Positions 28,082 through 43,470 of a stretch of 64,000 bases of DNA are shown here, piece after piece. Positions within the stretch are counted from its first letter, which is position 1. Every line of letters starts with the position of its first letter. Location of the stretch: NCBI RefSeq assembly GCF_009914755.1, contig NC_060930.1, one strand, 5' to 3'. Source of the stretch: the human T2T-CHM13v2.0 reference genome, Homo sapiens. A program made the translations under genes and the position numbers. The notes under the pieces were generated by a model. The model was not told the DNA's origin, did not search any database, and was given only the letters and a program-made list of their open reading frames with translations.

Positions 28082-29330
28082 GTAAGCATTCATTTTACAA
28101 AATTGTTATCAGTACTTTAAAGAAATATTTGAGGGGACTTTGTCCTCAAGTATTACTTCGCATTTTGTGTTTTGTGCTTGTTCATAAATAGAGCAGGTAA
28201 CCAGGAGAAGTAAACTATACTTTGCTTCATCCATTTTATTCATATTAGAGGAGTGTAACATTTGGTTCTTCTCTTTCTAGCTTTGACACTTCTCTCAGGC
28301 CAGTGTTGCTCAGCGAATCCAGCTGTCATGCTCTGACCTGCAAATTGCTCCAAATCCCATGTTTAGCAACCTACCTTGAATTTTAAATCCTAAGTGCTTT
28401 GTTCCTACTGTTCTGTAGCTTAATAGGTTGGACTATAACTGAAAATCTCTGACACATTTAAAGCTTATCACCTTGTGGGGAGTCTATTACTAAGAAATAT
28501 TTTTGTAGGTAGGTGAAATGGGTGAAATTATATTTTTGAATCAGAGTCATTTTTAAGGCTGGAACTTGTCCAACATAAATAAATTTGTTGATATCTGAAT
28601 AGAAGTAATGTAGTATATGATTGGTTACCATTTACAGATTTAAATGTCTATGTGGCACTCACTAAACATAATAAAATGAATTATATGCTAAACATTTGTA
28701 AAACATTTTGATAAGCCAGAATGTTTTCAGACTCAGAGAACATAGGCTTAAAAACATTATGTTTCTCCTAAATTGAAATACATGTTAAGAACTGAATTTA
28801 GCCTCATTCCATCCCCAGTCCCCAGGCTGTGCTCATTAGAGATGCATTTATTATTTTCTAAACATGAGCCTTGGAGCCAAAACCAAAGTTTGTTGTTGAT
28901 GTTTTTATCTAGTAATTAAGCTAGATTTTAGGTTGATAATGGGAAAAGGACAGAAACAATTTAAGGACCTACTATGTACTGAGTGTTTTACTTATTATTT
29001 TAATTGCCTTCAAAATAAATCTATGACATCGGTTAATTTATCTCCATTTTACCAGTGATGCAACTAAGACTCAGAAAATATTTTGTCCATTTCATGCAGC
29101 ATAAGAGTCAGTATTAAACATAAGGCCATCTCCAAAAGGCATGCTCCAGTTAGGAATAGTAAATCATGAATAAGGTTTTGGGGAAGCACAAGTTAAACTA
29201 CCAATTGTAGTAAAATATTTTCTGCTATTATGACTACAGAGAGTAACCAGATTAGGGAAGGAAGACATCAGGCATCTAATGGATGAGGCACCAGAAAGAT
29301 AGGATATTTAGAATAAATAAGATCTCCAAA

Positions 29331-30625
29331 GTTTTTATTTTGAGATAATTTTAGATTCACATGTAGTTAGTTGTAAGGAGTAATAGATACCCTGTATTCT
29401 TTATCCATAGTACAGTATCACAACTAGGAAATTCATATTGATACAATCCACCAGCCTTATTCAGAGCATTCATTGTATGTGTGTTTGTGTGTATTTAGTT
29501 CCATGCAGTTATATCACATGTAGATTTCTGTGGTCACCATCAGTCAAGATACAGAACAGTTGCATTAAAAGGATCCCACATGCTACCTTTTTGTATCCCT
29601 ACTCACTCCTTCCATCTGCCTGCCTCCTCTGACAACCACTATAATTTGTCATTTCAAGAATACTAGGTGAATGGAATCATATAGTATGTAACCTTTGGCA
29701 TTTAGCTTTTTCTTCCCTTCAGCATTACTCCCTTGACATCCCTCAAAGCTGTTGCATGTATCGATAGTTTGTTCCTTTTTATTGCACAGTAGCATTCCAT
29801 AGTATGGATGAATCACAGCTTTTTAGTCATTTACCCATTGAAGGGCATTTAGGTTGTTTCCAGTTTGGGCTATTTATGAACAAAGATGCTAGATGCTACA
29901 ATCATTTATGTACAAGTTTTTGTATGAGCATGAGTTTTCATTTCCCTGAGATAATTGTCTGAGAGTGCAATTGCTGGGTCAAAAGATAAGTGTATTTTTA
30001 GTTTTATAAAAAAGTGCAATACTCTTTTCTGGAATGGTTGTAACATTTGACATTCCCATCAGCAAAGTCTGAGTAATCCAGTTTGTCTGCATTGTCATTT
30101 GGTGGTGTCAATATTTTTTATTTTTATCTTAGCTATTCTGATAAGTATGTAGTGATATCTCATTATGGTTTTAATTTGTATTTCCTTAATGGTTAGTGAA
30201 GTTTAACATTTTCATGTGCTTATTATTAGCCATAGTGTATCTTCTTTAGTGGCATCTCCTTTCCTATCTTTTGCCCATTTTCTAATTGAATTGTTTAGGT
30301 TTTTACTGTTGAATTGTACACATTCTAGTCTTTTGTTGGATATGTGATTTGCAAATATTTTCTCCCGGACTGTAGTTTGTCTTTTCATCCAGTTAACAGA
30401 GTTGCAGAGCAAAAGGTTTTAATTTTGATGTGGTTCAATTTATCAGTTTCTCCTTTTATGAATTGTGCTTTTGGTCTGAATTCTAAGATCTCTTTGCCTA
30501 GCTGTATGTTCTGAAGATTCTCTCCTGTTTTTCTTTTCTGAAAATTTTATAGCATTATGTTTTATATTTAAGTCTGTGATCCATTTTGAATTTATTTGTG
30601 GATAAGATATGAGTTTAGGTCAAAA
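29331..30625 (-). mobile_element. Old L1M (L1MB/L1MC-like) 3' fragment
   Basis: Typical L1M 3' end text; minus-strand peptide MKRQTTVREKIFANHISNKRL resembles the L1 ORF2p C-terminus. Confidence 0.8.
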
Positions 30626-30636
30626 TGGTGGTCATG

Positions 30637-30818
30637 CTTCTCCTCCCCTTCCTCCCCGTCTCCCTTCCTCACCTCCTCCCTTTCTTCCTGCTCCTCTTCC
30701 TGCTCCTCTTCCTCCTCTTCTTCCTCCTCCCCCTTCCCGCTTCTCCCCCTTCCTTCTTTCTCCCACCTCCTCCTTCCTCCTCCTCCTTACTTTCTTCTTC
30801 TTTCTTTTCTTTCTTCTT
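30637..30818. repeat. Polypyrimidine (CCT/CTT)n low-complexity tract
   Basis: About 180 nt almost entirely C/T. Confidence 0.9.
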
Positions 30819-31200
30819 CACTTGCCCTACATAGTGATTTTAAGAGCTATAGTGCCTTCTCAGCCTGAATCCAAAGTGATTCCTGTAGTAAAGGTAACTG
30901 CCGGTTCATGAACAACCTGCTCAATGTTAACCTCTTCTTGTTCCTAAAATGTAGAGTCAGGGGAGCCCCTGAAACTGAGAATACAAACCAAAACTGTTCT
31001 GGAAGAGCAGCACAGTTTTTTCAACTCAGAAATGTAAAATTGTCTTGCTTATCATGACCTCTTCTGAAAAGTATTCTAAAAATGAAACAAAAAACGTATC
31101 CTAAAATGCTGAAATGTGATCTTGGGAGCATAGGGACAGTGGCACAAGGATGAAATCAGTGATGCTCTTAAGACAGTAAGACAACATGATTTGTAACTAG

Positions 31201-31281
31201 GAAATGAGAGAGATGGAGAGAGGAGAATGGAGAGAAGAGGGGGTAGGAGCAGGGAGAGAGAGAAAGAGACAGAGAGAGAAA
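31201..31281. repeat. GA-rich low-complexity tract
   Basis: (GA)n/GGAGA-rich purine run. Confidence 0.85.
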
Positions 31282-34200
31282 CACTGACTGACAAACCTGT
31301 AGTTTAGCTCTTACAATGCAGTGGAAGCCAGAAATGGTCAAGCTATTAAAAGCAAAAGGCAAACCAAAGAGAAAAGAACCCCCTTCAGCCTATAATCAGA
31401 AAAGAGCCATCCAAAGTTATACATCTTTTCAAATGCCTTCTGACTTAACTGTGGAATTACCATGTGGAACTAGCAACAGAACTTACTTGAAAGCTGGTTT
31501 CTGACAATGTAGAGCAGAGTTCTCTGGAGCAGCGTACTTAAGGGCAGTCCAAGCAAGATCTCTGGAGAGAAGGATAAAATGTCAGGCCAAGGGTGAGGCC
31601 AAACTGATGCAATCTCAGTTTTCTCTAAACTAAATTATACCACCTTACATAAATCTCAACTGGTGTTCTGAGGAAGTCAAAAGGAAGATTTACCCTGATG
31701 CTGTGCCTGCTGCCACAATTACATATCTGAAACCCTAAAAACTGCTTTTTAGCCTGCTTCCCCCTTCCACCTAGGAAAAACTAGGAACACCTAGTTTTTC
31801 CTCCTGAGTAGTTAAATAGCCAATGTTTTCTTTGTGTGCTATCTTATCATGTGGTTTCATAATCGTTGTGTGACTGTGTTTGATAAATAGTCCTTTGCCA
31901 AACCTGTTTTGTTGATGTTTCGCTCTTTAACATCAAAATAGAGTTTAAAATACCCTATTTTAATAATTTTGGATTGAAATTAGTGATTTGAGGGTCACCC
32001 AGTCTTTCCTTTCTTATAATTTATCTTGAAATATGCCTGTGTAACTCTAAATAGAGGGGTGGATTAATACTGCTACTAGATAGAGTAATTCTGGATAAGA
32101 CCTGATGAATTTTTTGGATTTTCTGACCCTGGTCCAACTGGTTTTCAGGTGCTTCAGGATAGTTTTATAACAGTTGTTAAATCTAGATTGAATGATTTGT
32201 GAAACTTTTTCACAAATGGTTTTGCAAGTAATTTATATATGCAAAATTAGTATATGTCTATATTAATTTCTTGATCCCTGACAGGTCTTGAAAACCAAAT
32301 GAAAAACTGAATTACTAAAGCAAATTATACTTTCTGTACTATTTGTACTGTGTACAATTTATGCTATCCTCTGGGGTGACTATCATGTGTCATTTGTTAC
32401 ACCCCTGCTGACTCTTCCTTCCCCTTGTAGTTAGAATGCAAAATTTTCTTTAGTATTGCCATACAGGGCTGTCTTCTTACACACTTGCTTGACATTATTT
32501 GGCTTTTGTGATTTCCGAGTAGGTCCTTGTATGCCATTGGTTGAAGATTCTTTGAAAGCATTTTTTCAGGATCAAGCGTTGATTGAAGATATCCAAAATA
32601 CATCTGTAGTTGAACCAAATGGTGTTTTGTGGGAGGTTTACTTTTCCCCTCTGATAAGGTGTGAGAGCCTGGGAGTAAACAGTGAGTAATATAGACGAAG
32701 ACACAGACTGGGTGTTCATGTAGGTCCCTTGCTGGCTCCCACCTCCCCTATTCCCTGGTTGTCATGAAAAGCAGAACTGCTGCTCCCACCTCCGCTTTCC
32801 TCTTAACCCAGCCTTTCAGAGCAGCAGTAGGAGCCAGCACCACCTCTGTCATCATTCTCAGTGACAAAGGATGCAAAGTGTAGAACATTTCTTAGCTCCC
32901 ATCTCCAGCCTCTGCCCTGGCAATTCTTCACCCTTGAACCTCTGACCCACAAGCAGAACACCTAGTGTTTGCAGTTCACTCCAGTGTATAACCTCTGGCA
33001 AGTCTTCTAAGCTTCCTTTACCTTACATTTCTTCAGTTGTTAAATGTTGCTAAAAATAACCAACTAACAAGATGCTTTTGAAGAAGGAGACATCCCAACC
33101 AGCCAGAACTGGAGAGAAGCTCAAATGGGACCCAGCAAGGAGGGCCAGAGCTGAACAGCTGGTCCCCTTATTCTCTTTTCCATGGCAGAGGAGATTTGAA
33201 CCCACTGTATAGCTTTCTCTGTTGTGTGAATAGTACACTTTGTAGCTTTCGTGTTCAAGTAAAATGAAACCAAGATGGCTATGAAGATTGAGGGTAATAT
33301 ACGAACAGTACCTGATACAGTGAGTACTCACACATTCCTTTAATAACAAATCATTCCTGATCTTACTTCTGTGTCTACCTACATCTTCACCTAATTTTCA
33401 TCTTGACCTCCCACTTTCAGCCCATGAGCTGCTCCTGTTGTTCAGATCAGGGAAGAAGGAACACTTAACGACAATCCAAATTGGAACCATATCATTTCCC
33501 AAAGATACTTTGCTATAAGCACAGTTAGTTAGGTTCTGGGATATAATGAAGTGGAGTTATATAGTCAAAGGGCCTTGAGAAACCTAACAGCCTTTTATTT
33601 AACAGTTGGACCCTAAGCCCATGAGGTGAAAGGGTCCATGATAGGCTGGCTCTATCCCAGGGTACTTTTAGATATATTAATTGGTAATCAGAGCCTCACC
33701 ACTTGAGTGGCTTGATGAACCGTCATGTCAAGCGGCGTGCCAGTGATACTGGCCCCCTTGGTCCTCAGAGTGGCCAGGCAGGGATTGGGTTTGTCAGAGA
33801 CCTGGGCTGGTCATCTTTAGCTATGATCAGCATCTTACCCCAGGGATGAGTAGAAGTATTATCATCTTTCTGCATGCCTTGATATGAAAAAGGCTTTTGT
33901 AAAAAGTGATCCAGATTATCTTCATACCAAACATCTGATTTAAAAAAAGTTCATCCCTAAATATAATTTGACTGCTATGATAATTTATACTCAAAGGGGT
34001 TGAATAACTTCACTGAGATAAGATAGGCGTGTCAGGATTTGAACTCAGGTCTTCCCTTCTCCATCCAGAGCTTATGCTCTGCAGTGCTGCCATGTGCCCC
34101 TTTAGTGGCAAAACGGGGCTTATAGAACACAGGTCACCTGACCTGCTGCTACTCACAGTGTGGGTTGCATAGATTTCTGTGGGCAGTCTTGACAGCTGAA

Positions 34201-35328
34201 CATTAATTTACACCAGTGTAAATTAATTTGGAGAAATGCATCATAGGTTCTAAAGGTCTAACTTATAAGCGACCTTTTCAAAAATAATTTGTTTATAACT
34301 TGACAACATCCCATAATCCATGTCTTATCAACTTATTCATCTATAATATGGTTAATGTCAGAGTATTAACCTACCAAGACAATAGGAAGCAGGCAGTCTG
34401 TAATACTTCACCTGTGTAAGTCAGGGTGTTGCATTACAGTGATCCACTTTACTCCCTAAGGTTGCATGTTGTCTGAAAAGAGCAGTTGCCCATGATAGAA
34501 ATGAATGCAGAAATAATTCTGTACAAAAAGCCTTCCTTTGTCCTCTTGGTCAAATACAGAGTCTGAGGTCCAGTGGAAGGCATCACGTGGATGGATCTGG
34601 GTGGTTGATCTGCAGCACTGGTGGAGCACAAAGTGTTATGCTCCTTGTCTCCAGCCCCACAGAGGCAACCTTTGAATCCTAGGAAGCAGCCATCTCTTTG
34701 TGGTGTGCCAGTGCCAAGAATGATTATACCACGTGGGTGGAGTGGTGTGATGTGAACTCTTGCCCTTTCTTTAATTAACTGTAGATTGTTTTTTCCTGCT
34801 GGCCAAGGGCTGTTAGAGATTTATCATCTTAAATCATCTTTAGTATGTCTGGCATTTGAGGAGAAATTTATTGCCCATTGTTGGATTCAGATACTCAGTC
34901 ATAGCACAGTTTTAATTGTGTTGATACATAAAACGCAAATAGAACAGTTTTAAGTACTTGCTAAATGTTAGCTTTATACTTTTTTAATATTTGGTCATTT
35001 TATTTTATCAGTTTCACTATGCCTACTGATTCTAATACACGTTAATAATAATAGCAGTTGTTGGAACTTTATGAAGTAATTTCACAAGCATTCTGTTTAT
35101 CCTTAAAATGATCCTACAAATAAATATAAATGCAGGTAATGAATCTGTTGTTCAGGAGGTGAAATAACTTACCCCAAATCACTTAGCCTTTAAATGGAGG
35201 GCCTGAGCCCCGAATCCCTGTCTGCTGTGTCTGTATCTCTGAGTGTTATTCTTCATGTTACCTCAGTTTACATTGCACTAAGTATTAGTGTCTACTTTGT
35301 CTGAAAGGGGGATTAGAACATGTTGTTA

Positions 35329-35706
<378 letters not shown>

Positions 35707-37354
35707 TTACAGTTGACTTTACCAGAAACATTGGATTTCAATTTCAAAGCGCCATCCACCTGAGATGAAGCGATCCACAGCACTGCTCAAGGACACTCTC
35801 TTGCATGATTTCCATAGCTCTTATTTGTTTATTGGTTTTACAGTCAATCCCCCCGCAAATGGACATCTGGAAGGTGGAGACTCTCCAATCGTTCATTATT
35901 CTTTCAAGGGGCCTATTCAATAGTGGTTGGCATACAGCAAGTGTTAAATACTTGTTGATCAACTGACACAATATTCAAAACAGTTTCTTTAATGTAGGAT
36001 ATAAATGGTTTGTGAATTTTAATTTTTATCACTACAAATTTTTCAGTATTCAGCAATTTTATTAATCTTAAAAATATTGAGAATATTTCAAAACCATTTT
36101 CTATGAAAAAGCTGCTAGTACCTTATTTGACAGTATTACAAATTACTAACTAAACTGTTGTATGAGCCGTGATGTTAAGGCTTATATTTTGTATTTTCTC
36201 ATTTGAGTTCAGACCAGGCAACTCTTAAGTGAGTATTTACAAATTGCTTGACATTCATTACTGGGAAAAATATCCATGGTCAAGTTTTATCTGCTAATGT
36301 TTTCAGGAAATCATTAACTTTTTCCTAAAGATTAAAAAAAGGCTTATAAACATTTAGCCATTAATAGTTAGACTCATGCTTTTTGCTTCGTTTTTGAGGA
36401 ACAGGCTAAGTTACTTAATTCTGTGTAAAATACTACAAGCTGTGGGTTATAACCCGTTAGGGTCTCATGAAATCAGTTTAGTGGATAAGAAACAGCATTT
36501 TTTTTTTAATGGAACAGAACAGAATAGATTAGACTGGACTAAGCTGGACTGAAATAGAAAATATCAGAATGTGTTGTATGTAGTAAGAATAAATATTTGT
36601 TTATGAAAATTGTGTTTTAAATGTTAAGTATGTACATATTGAATCACAGTTTAAATTTTTTTTATTATGGGCCAGCATTAAAAAAAGACCCATTGATTTA
36701 GAGGATTCCTTAATTGTTAGCATATTGGGAGTGAGGGTTTTTTTTTTATCATTCAAAAATGAATTTATTTGAAAATTATTCATCTAACACACATTGGCTG
36801 ATTGGCAGCTGTCCATAAAGTGCCTGTTCAGTAAATATACTTACCCACACTACAGTTTAATGGGTTCCTATAAACTAATTTCAACGAATAATCACAAGCA
36901 TGTTTCTGTTTAACCTGAAATCCCAGACTGATTGGTCATTCCAAATCCTGGTTCAAGAACAGTAAAGTCATCTCACAAAACCCCCAGATGGAACTATTGT
37001 GGTGAAACTTGGGAGACTTTTGCTTTTGGACCTCCTGCAGGTTTCTTCTCTATAGAACTACTTACTACTGTGGAGCTTTGGGTCTAGTTTTCCCCAAAAT
37101 GGGAATAATAGTACCTACCTTATAAGGTTATTGAGAGGATTGAATGAATTAAAATATATGAAGTCTTTAGAATAATACTTTAAAAAATAAGCACTAAATA
37201 ATTTTAATATAAAAGCTTGCTCCCTAAATGGTGAATACAGGAATAAATGAGAAAAAATACAAATATATAGATACAACTGTTGGGTAAATTTCAGGGAGTT
37301 TATAAATCCCCTAAAACTTGTCTGTAAACCTGCTTTAGTCATATGCTTCAGTGA

Positions 37355-37720
<366 letters not shown>

Positions 37721-37730
37721 TATAATTGAT

Positions 37731-38012
37731 CAGCCAGACACAGTGGCTCACACCTGTAATCCCAGCGTTTTGAGAGGCCTAGGTGGGAGGAGTGCTAGAT
37801 ACCAGGAGTTTGAGATCAGCCTAGGCAACATGGTGAGACCCTGTCTCTACAAAAAAAAAAAAAAAAAAAGCCAGACATGACAGCCCATGCCTGTAACCCT
37901 AGCTACTCTGGAGTAGAGGTGAAAAGATAGCTCGGGTATTGAAAGTTACAGTGAGCTATGATCATGTCGTTCCAGCCTGAGCAACAAAGCAAGACTCTGT
38001 CTCAAGAAAAAC
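37731..38012 (+). mobile_element. AluJ
   Basis: Diverged Alu with J-type gtgagctatgatc. Confidence 0.85.
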
Positions 38013-38719
38013 CCAACAATTTTTTTAAAAAACCAAACCACACATAAAATTGATTGATCTTACTTTTGAATATGTGGAGTGACTTAAATCAAATCACTGT
38101 CATGGATAATTTGAGTGAAGTTATTAATCATTCCATTAATTTTTCCTGTGTATGTGAGAATATATTACTGTTGATTATGACATCTGTGGTGCATGTACTT
38201 CACGATTTAGAGCTAGAAGAGCTTTGGTTTTAGAAGTTACGTAATACATAATATAAAGCAGATGAATTTTGATATTTCAGATTAATTTTGTTAGCACAGC
38301 AGAAAGCTGAACAGTAATTTGGTTATTTTATTTTCAGAAGGTAATTGCAGCAGATGCTGGTAAGGTCACTGGGGACTGAGCAATTTCCATTTCCATGGCT
38401 CCAACATCTTTTTTTTTGTCTTTTAAGGGGGATGGGCGGGGAGATAGTTCTTCTACTATGCCAAGTCAACTGCTGTCACTAGACAATAAGAGAAATTTAA
38501 TTTTTTTAAACCACAACTCTAAGTTTATATAAACGATATTCTTATTTTATAAGGGTAGATATATTTTAAATGTAAAAACAGGTATATACACACACATACA
38601 TACATATGCAAACATATTTTTCTTTGAAAAGAGTATATGGATTTTTAAAATATAAAAATTAGTTGTAAGCTCACATGTATTCATATTTAAGCACACTTTA
38701 TACGAAATGGCATTATTTT

Positions 38720-39034
<315 letters not shown>

Positions 39035-39401
39035 TTAATGAATCATTTAAAATGAAAAATTACAAAATTAATTGGGTTACAAATCCAATATATGTAATCT
39101 TTACCTCCTTCTTCCTATTTGTTTTTAATGCATAGGAAAACCTTTCTGTGATTTTGAATAATGACCATTTTGGTTTTTATATTAGCCGATGCAACTAGAT
39201 ATTTAAGACTTCTCTCAGTTCTTTCATGTAATTAAATGTAAGAATTTAGGTAATATTCTTTATGTTATGAAGAGAAACATATGCATTGCTTGCATCTCAG
39301 AGAGACCTTATGTGCCTGTGCCTATTAAGCCCAGACGGTAGATTGGTAAACAAAACAAATATGGTCCTTGCCCTTATGGAGAATACTTTTCACAAATACG
39401 T

Positions 39402-40103
39402 TGTCTTAGTTCATTTTGTGTTGCTTTAACACAATGTCACAGACTGGGTAATTTACAATGAACAGAAATTTATTTGGCTCACAGTTCTGGAGTCTGGGAA
39501 GTCCAAGAGCATGGTGCCAGCATCTGACAAGGGCCTGCATGCTGTATCACCCCATGGTGGAAGGTGGGAGGGCAAGAAAGGGTGAGAGTGGGCTGGGCGC
39601 GGGGACCCATGCCTGTAATCCCAGCACTTTGGGAGTCTCAGGCGGGCGGATCACCTGAGGTCAGGAGTTTGAGATCAGCCTGACCAACATGGAGAAGCCC
39701 TGTCTCTACTAAAAATACAAAATTAGCTGGGCGTAGTGGCGCACACCTGTAATCTGGAAGCTGAGGCAGGAGAATTGTGTGAACCCCGGAGGCAGAGGTT
39801 GTGGTGAGCTGAGACCTGCGCCATTGCAATCCAGCCTGGGCAACAAAAGTGAAACTCCATCTCAAAAAAAAAAAAAAAAAAAAAAAAAAAGTGAGAGTGA
39901 GCAAGCAAGAGAGGGCCAAACTCACTTTTATAAAAATGCACTCTTCTAATAACCAGCATGCTCCCACAATAATAACATTTATCCATTAATGAGGATGGAA
40001 CCCACTTGGCCTAATCACCTCTTAACAGTGCCACCTCTTAATTCTGTCACAATGGCAATTACATTTCAACATGAGTTTTGGAGGGAACATTCAAACCATA
40101 GCA
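39402..40103 (-). mobile_element. MST-type MaLR solo LTR interrupted by an Alu
   Basis: tgtcttagttcatttt...tttatttggctcacagttctggag...catttcaacatgagttttggaggg...aaaccatagca. Confidence 0.8.
39591..39890 (+). mobile_element. AluSp-like inside the MST LTR
   Basis: cctgaccaacatggagaa; A27 tail; TSD gtgagagtg. Confidence 0.9.
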
Positions 40104-40119
40104 GACATTAAAGAAGAAC

Positions 40120-41300
40120 ATCAAATCCATATGTCATTATAAATGGCTGTATTTGCTGTGAGGGAAAGCAACAAGACATCATAAAAGAGAAGTGCAAAAG
40201 TAGTATCCACTTTAGACACAAGTTATGTTCAAGGACCTTTGGAGAAAATGACATTTAAAGGTCATTTAATACTCATGTGTTAATGACTTTTAATGATCTT
40301 GGGTACAAGCAGGAGTTCACCAGGTAATCTGTGTGTTTAGGAGAAGGGCTAGGGAGAGAGGGAAGGACGGGAATATTCTAGGTAGGGAGAATCCTTGGAT
40401 GAAAAGTCCTTAAAGTGACAAAAAGCTTGGCAGCTTCCTGGATCTGCAAGATGGCCAATGTTCCTTGAACACAGTGCTTTTTTGGGAGAAATGCACAGGC
40501 AATGTTAAGAGGTAGGCTGAGGCAGATCATGCAGGGCCTTCTTGGCCATGTTTAGGAATTTGGATTGAACAGCTAGATGGATGGAGGTGCCATTAACTGG
40601 AATGGGAAAACTAGAAAAACAACAGTTTTGAGAGAGTATCTCAAGAATTTAATATGTTAAGTTTGAGATGCTTACAAGACAACCACTAAATACACAATTG
40701 GGTATGTGTAAATCTGGATTGAAAACAGGTTCTGGACTGAGATGGAAATTTCAGAGTTGTTGGCCTCAGCCATGGGAAAGGATGACATCATATAGGCAGG
40801 GCATATAAAGTGAAAAAAGAACAGAACTAAAGAATGGGAACAGAATTAGGAAATTTCAACATTTGGTGGTCTAGTACAGAAAGAGAAGTAGGATGAAACT
40901 CAGAAGAGATAGAATCACTGCAGCTGAGAGAAGAGAGAATTTCAAGGAGCGAATGATCAGCAGGTTTGCAAGTAGCTGAGAGGTAAATTAAGATGAGGAC
41001 TGCAAAGTATCCATTAAGATTGACACTTGGAGGTCACTGATAATTGATTGGATAAAAGCAGTTTCAGCACAGTGGTGGGAGAAGCCAGTTTGATGTGAAT
41101 AGGAGGTAAGGGAGTGGAGACCAAGCTTCTAGCTAATTCTTTTGGGAAATCGGCTGGGAAGGGAAGCCAAATATTCAGGCCTTGGCAGGAGGAAGATGTG
41201 AGAGTCAAGGAATGGTGAGTTTTTGAAGATGGAAGAGGAAGAGGAGGCATTAGAGCATGCTTGTTGGCTAATGAGGATGGTGCATCAGAAAGGGATCCCT
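40120..41300 (-). mobile_element. L2 fragments
   Basis: cagatcatgcagggcctt...gatggaggtgccatt...atgttaagtttgagatgc...ggaggtcactga, typical of antisense L2. Confidence 0.65.
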
Positions 41301-43001
41301 CAGGGATGTCCACTTGAAGACTGGTGGTTACTTAATGCCATGAGGATATTAGCAAAGAAGCAAGGCAGGAGAGGAGCCATACTGGGATACATGCACCTAG
41401 GCTGGCTGTCTAGGACCTGTAATGTGTTTTAGTTTTACTTGTGCGGATTGGTGGCACTGTGGGCTCTGTTTTGCTGATTGCACACTCATGCTGTGCCAGG
41501 AGATTTACAAATATGACCTCACTATGGTATTAGTTTTCTCATTTTTATAGGCAAGGAAACAGGCTTGGAGTGGTTTAATAACTCCCCAAGTTCCATAGCT
41601 AGCAAATAATGGAGCCAGGGTCTCTTCCTACTTGTATCTAATTCCAAAGCCTTTATTCTTAACTGCTACCTCCATAGTGCCCTTTAAATAGAATGTAAAA
41701 ATAATTAGAACATTCTCTTCCATAAGAGAATTTTTTAATTGTAATATCTTAGATGAAAACATTAATTTAGAAATTTTAGAATTTATATTTAAAATTTTAA
41801 TCTCTAAAAATAAAATTTTAAAGTTTAGACATTTTTCCATAAAAAATTTTTATAACCATTGGTAACAAATTATTATAATATGTCCTCTTTATAATCTATG
41901 TCCAAAAGTATTTGAGCTCCTGTTTCAATTTTTTTAGTAGAACTTTTACATATTATTTTAAGAGACAGATGTACAATGCTAGGAGTTAGAGCACCTTGGT
42001 GGTATTAAGTTTTTCCTTATTAATAGGAATTTTTAAAATAAACTATGTGACTGGATTTTAATATATTAGTGTATTAGTATAGTTATCCTGTTTTAAGTGA
42101 GGACCAATCATTCATATCTGTTTTAAATGAAGGATGCTAATCTTAATGCTGTAAGCAGTGACATCGGTGTAGGAACTTGATATACGTTGTGTTTGTTGAG
42201 AATAGTTGGGTGTGCTGCAGCATCCTCTCCAGCAAAGGAAGCCACTAGCAAAGATGTTCCTGTGTTTTCTCAAGTAAACAACCTGCGGTGAAGTGGTTAT
42301 GTCTGTGTAGATCTGATAACAACTAGTAAATTTCTTTTCCTGCATTCAAAATTCTAATTTAGTGCACTGTTTCACAGTGGCTTTAGCTGTATAGTCATAT
42401 CATATGAGGAACTAACGTCCCCCTCTAAGAGTATAGAAGCACCAGGTAATATAGTAATCAGACAATGCCCTGGAATCCTAGAAGAAGTAATTGAGAGATT
42501 AGAAAGAAAACACAGCATTTTCTTTTCTAAGTGTCAGGTTCATGTTAACTTGATATTTTTCTTCTTCCACTTAACCTCCTTAATACAGGCATCATGCCTA
42601 ATTTCAGAATTATAAAATCTTTTAGTCGAAATATGGAGGTCGTGTGGGCTACCATGCTAGGTTTGGAATATCTACTGCCTTTGACAAATAGAATGTTTTC
42701 AGCCTGGACTTGAACTTTTCGAGCTATAACAATGTCTCAAGGACCCTCAAGGCTGCTTATTTCTTGCTTGAAAAACTCTTGTTAGAGGGAAGTTGTTTTT
42801 AAATTTTTGGTTAAATTTTATTTCCTTTCAGCTTATTCTATTTATTCCTTGTTACTTCGAATCCATACAGAATAAATCAAATCCATCTTTCATATATTAT
42901 CATTGCATGTGTTTAAAGACAACATCATGAACCTTTTCCAGGATGAGTATCGTACCTTTCCATCCCTGAACCTTTTCCAGGATGAGTATCATAAGTTTCT
43001 A

Positions 43002-43375
<374 letters not shown>

Positions 43376-43380
<5 letters not shown>

Positions 43381-43395
43381 TCTCTCTATATATTT

Positions 43396-43432
<37 letters not shown>

Positions 43433-43470
43433 ATGTGTGTGTGTGTGTGTGTGTGTATAGATATATATAC
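43376..43470. repeat. Compound (TC)n(TA)n(TG)n microsatellite
   Basis: Read directly. Confidence 0.95.

Noticed and set aside
30596-30911. Ser/Pro/Leu-rich ORFs
   Set aside because: Translation of the CCT/CTT tract.
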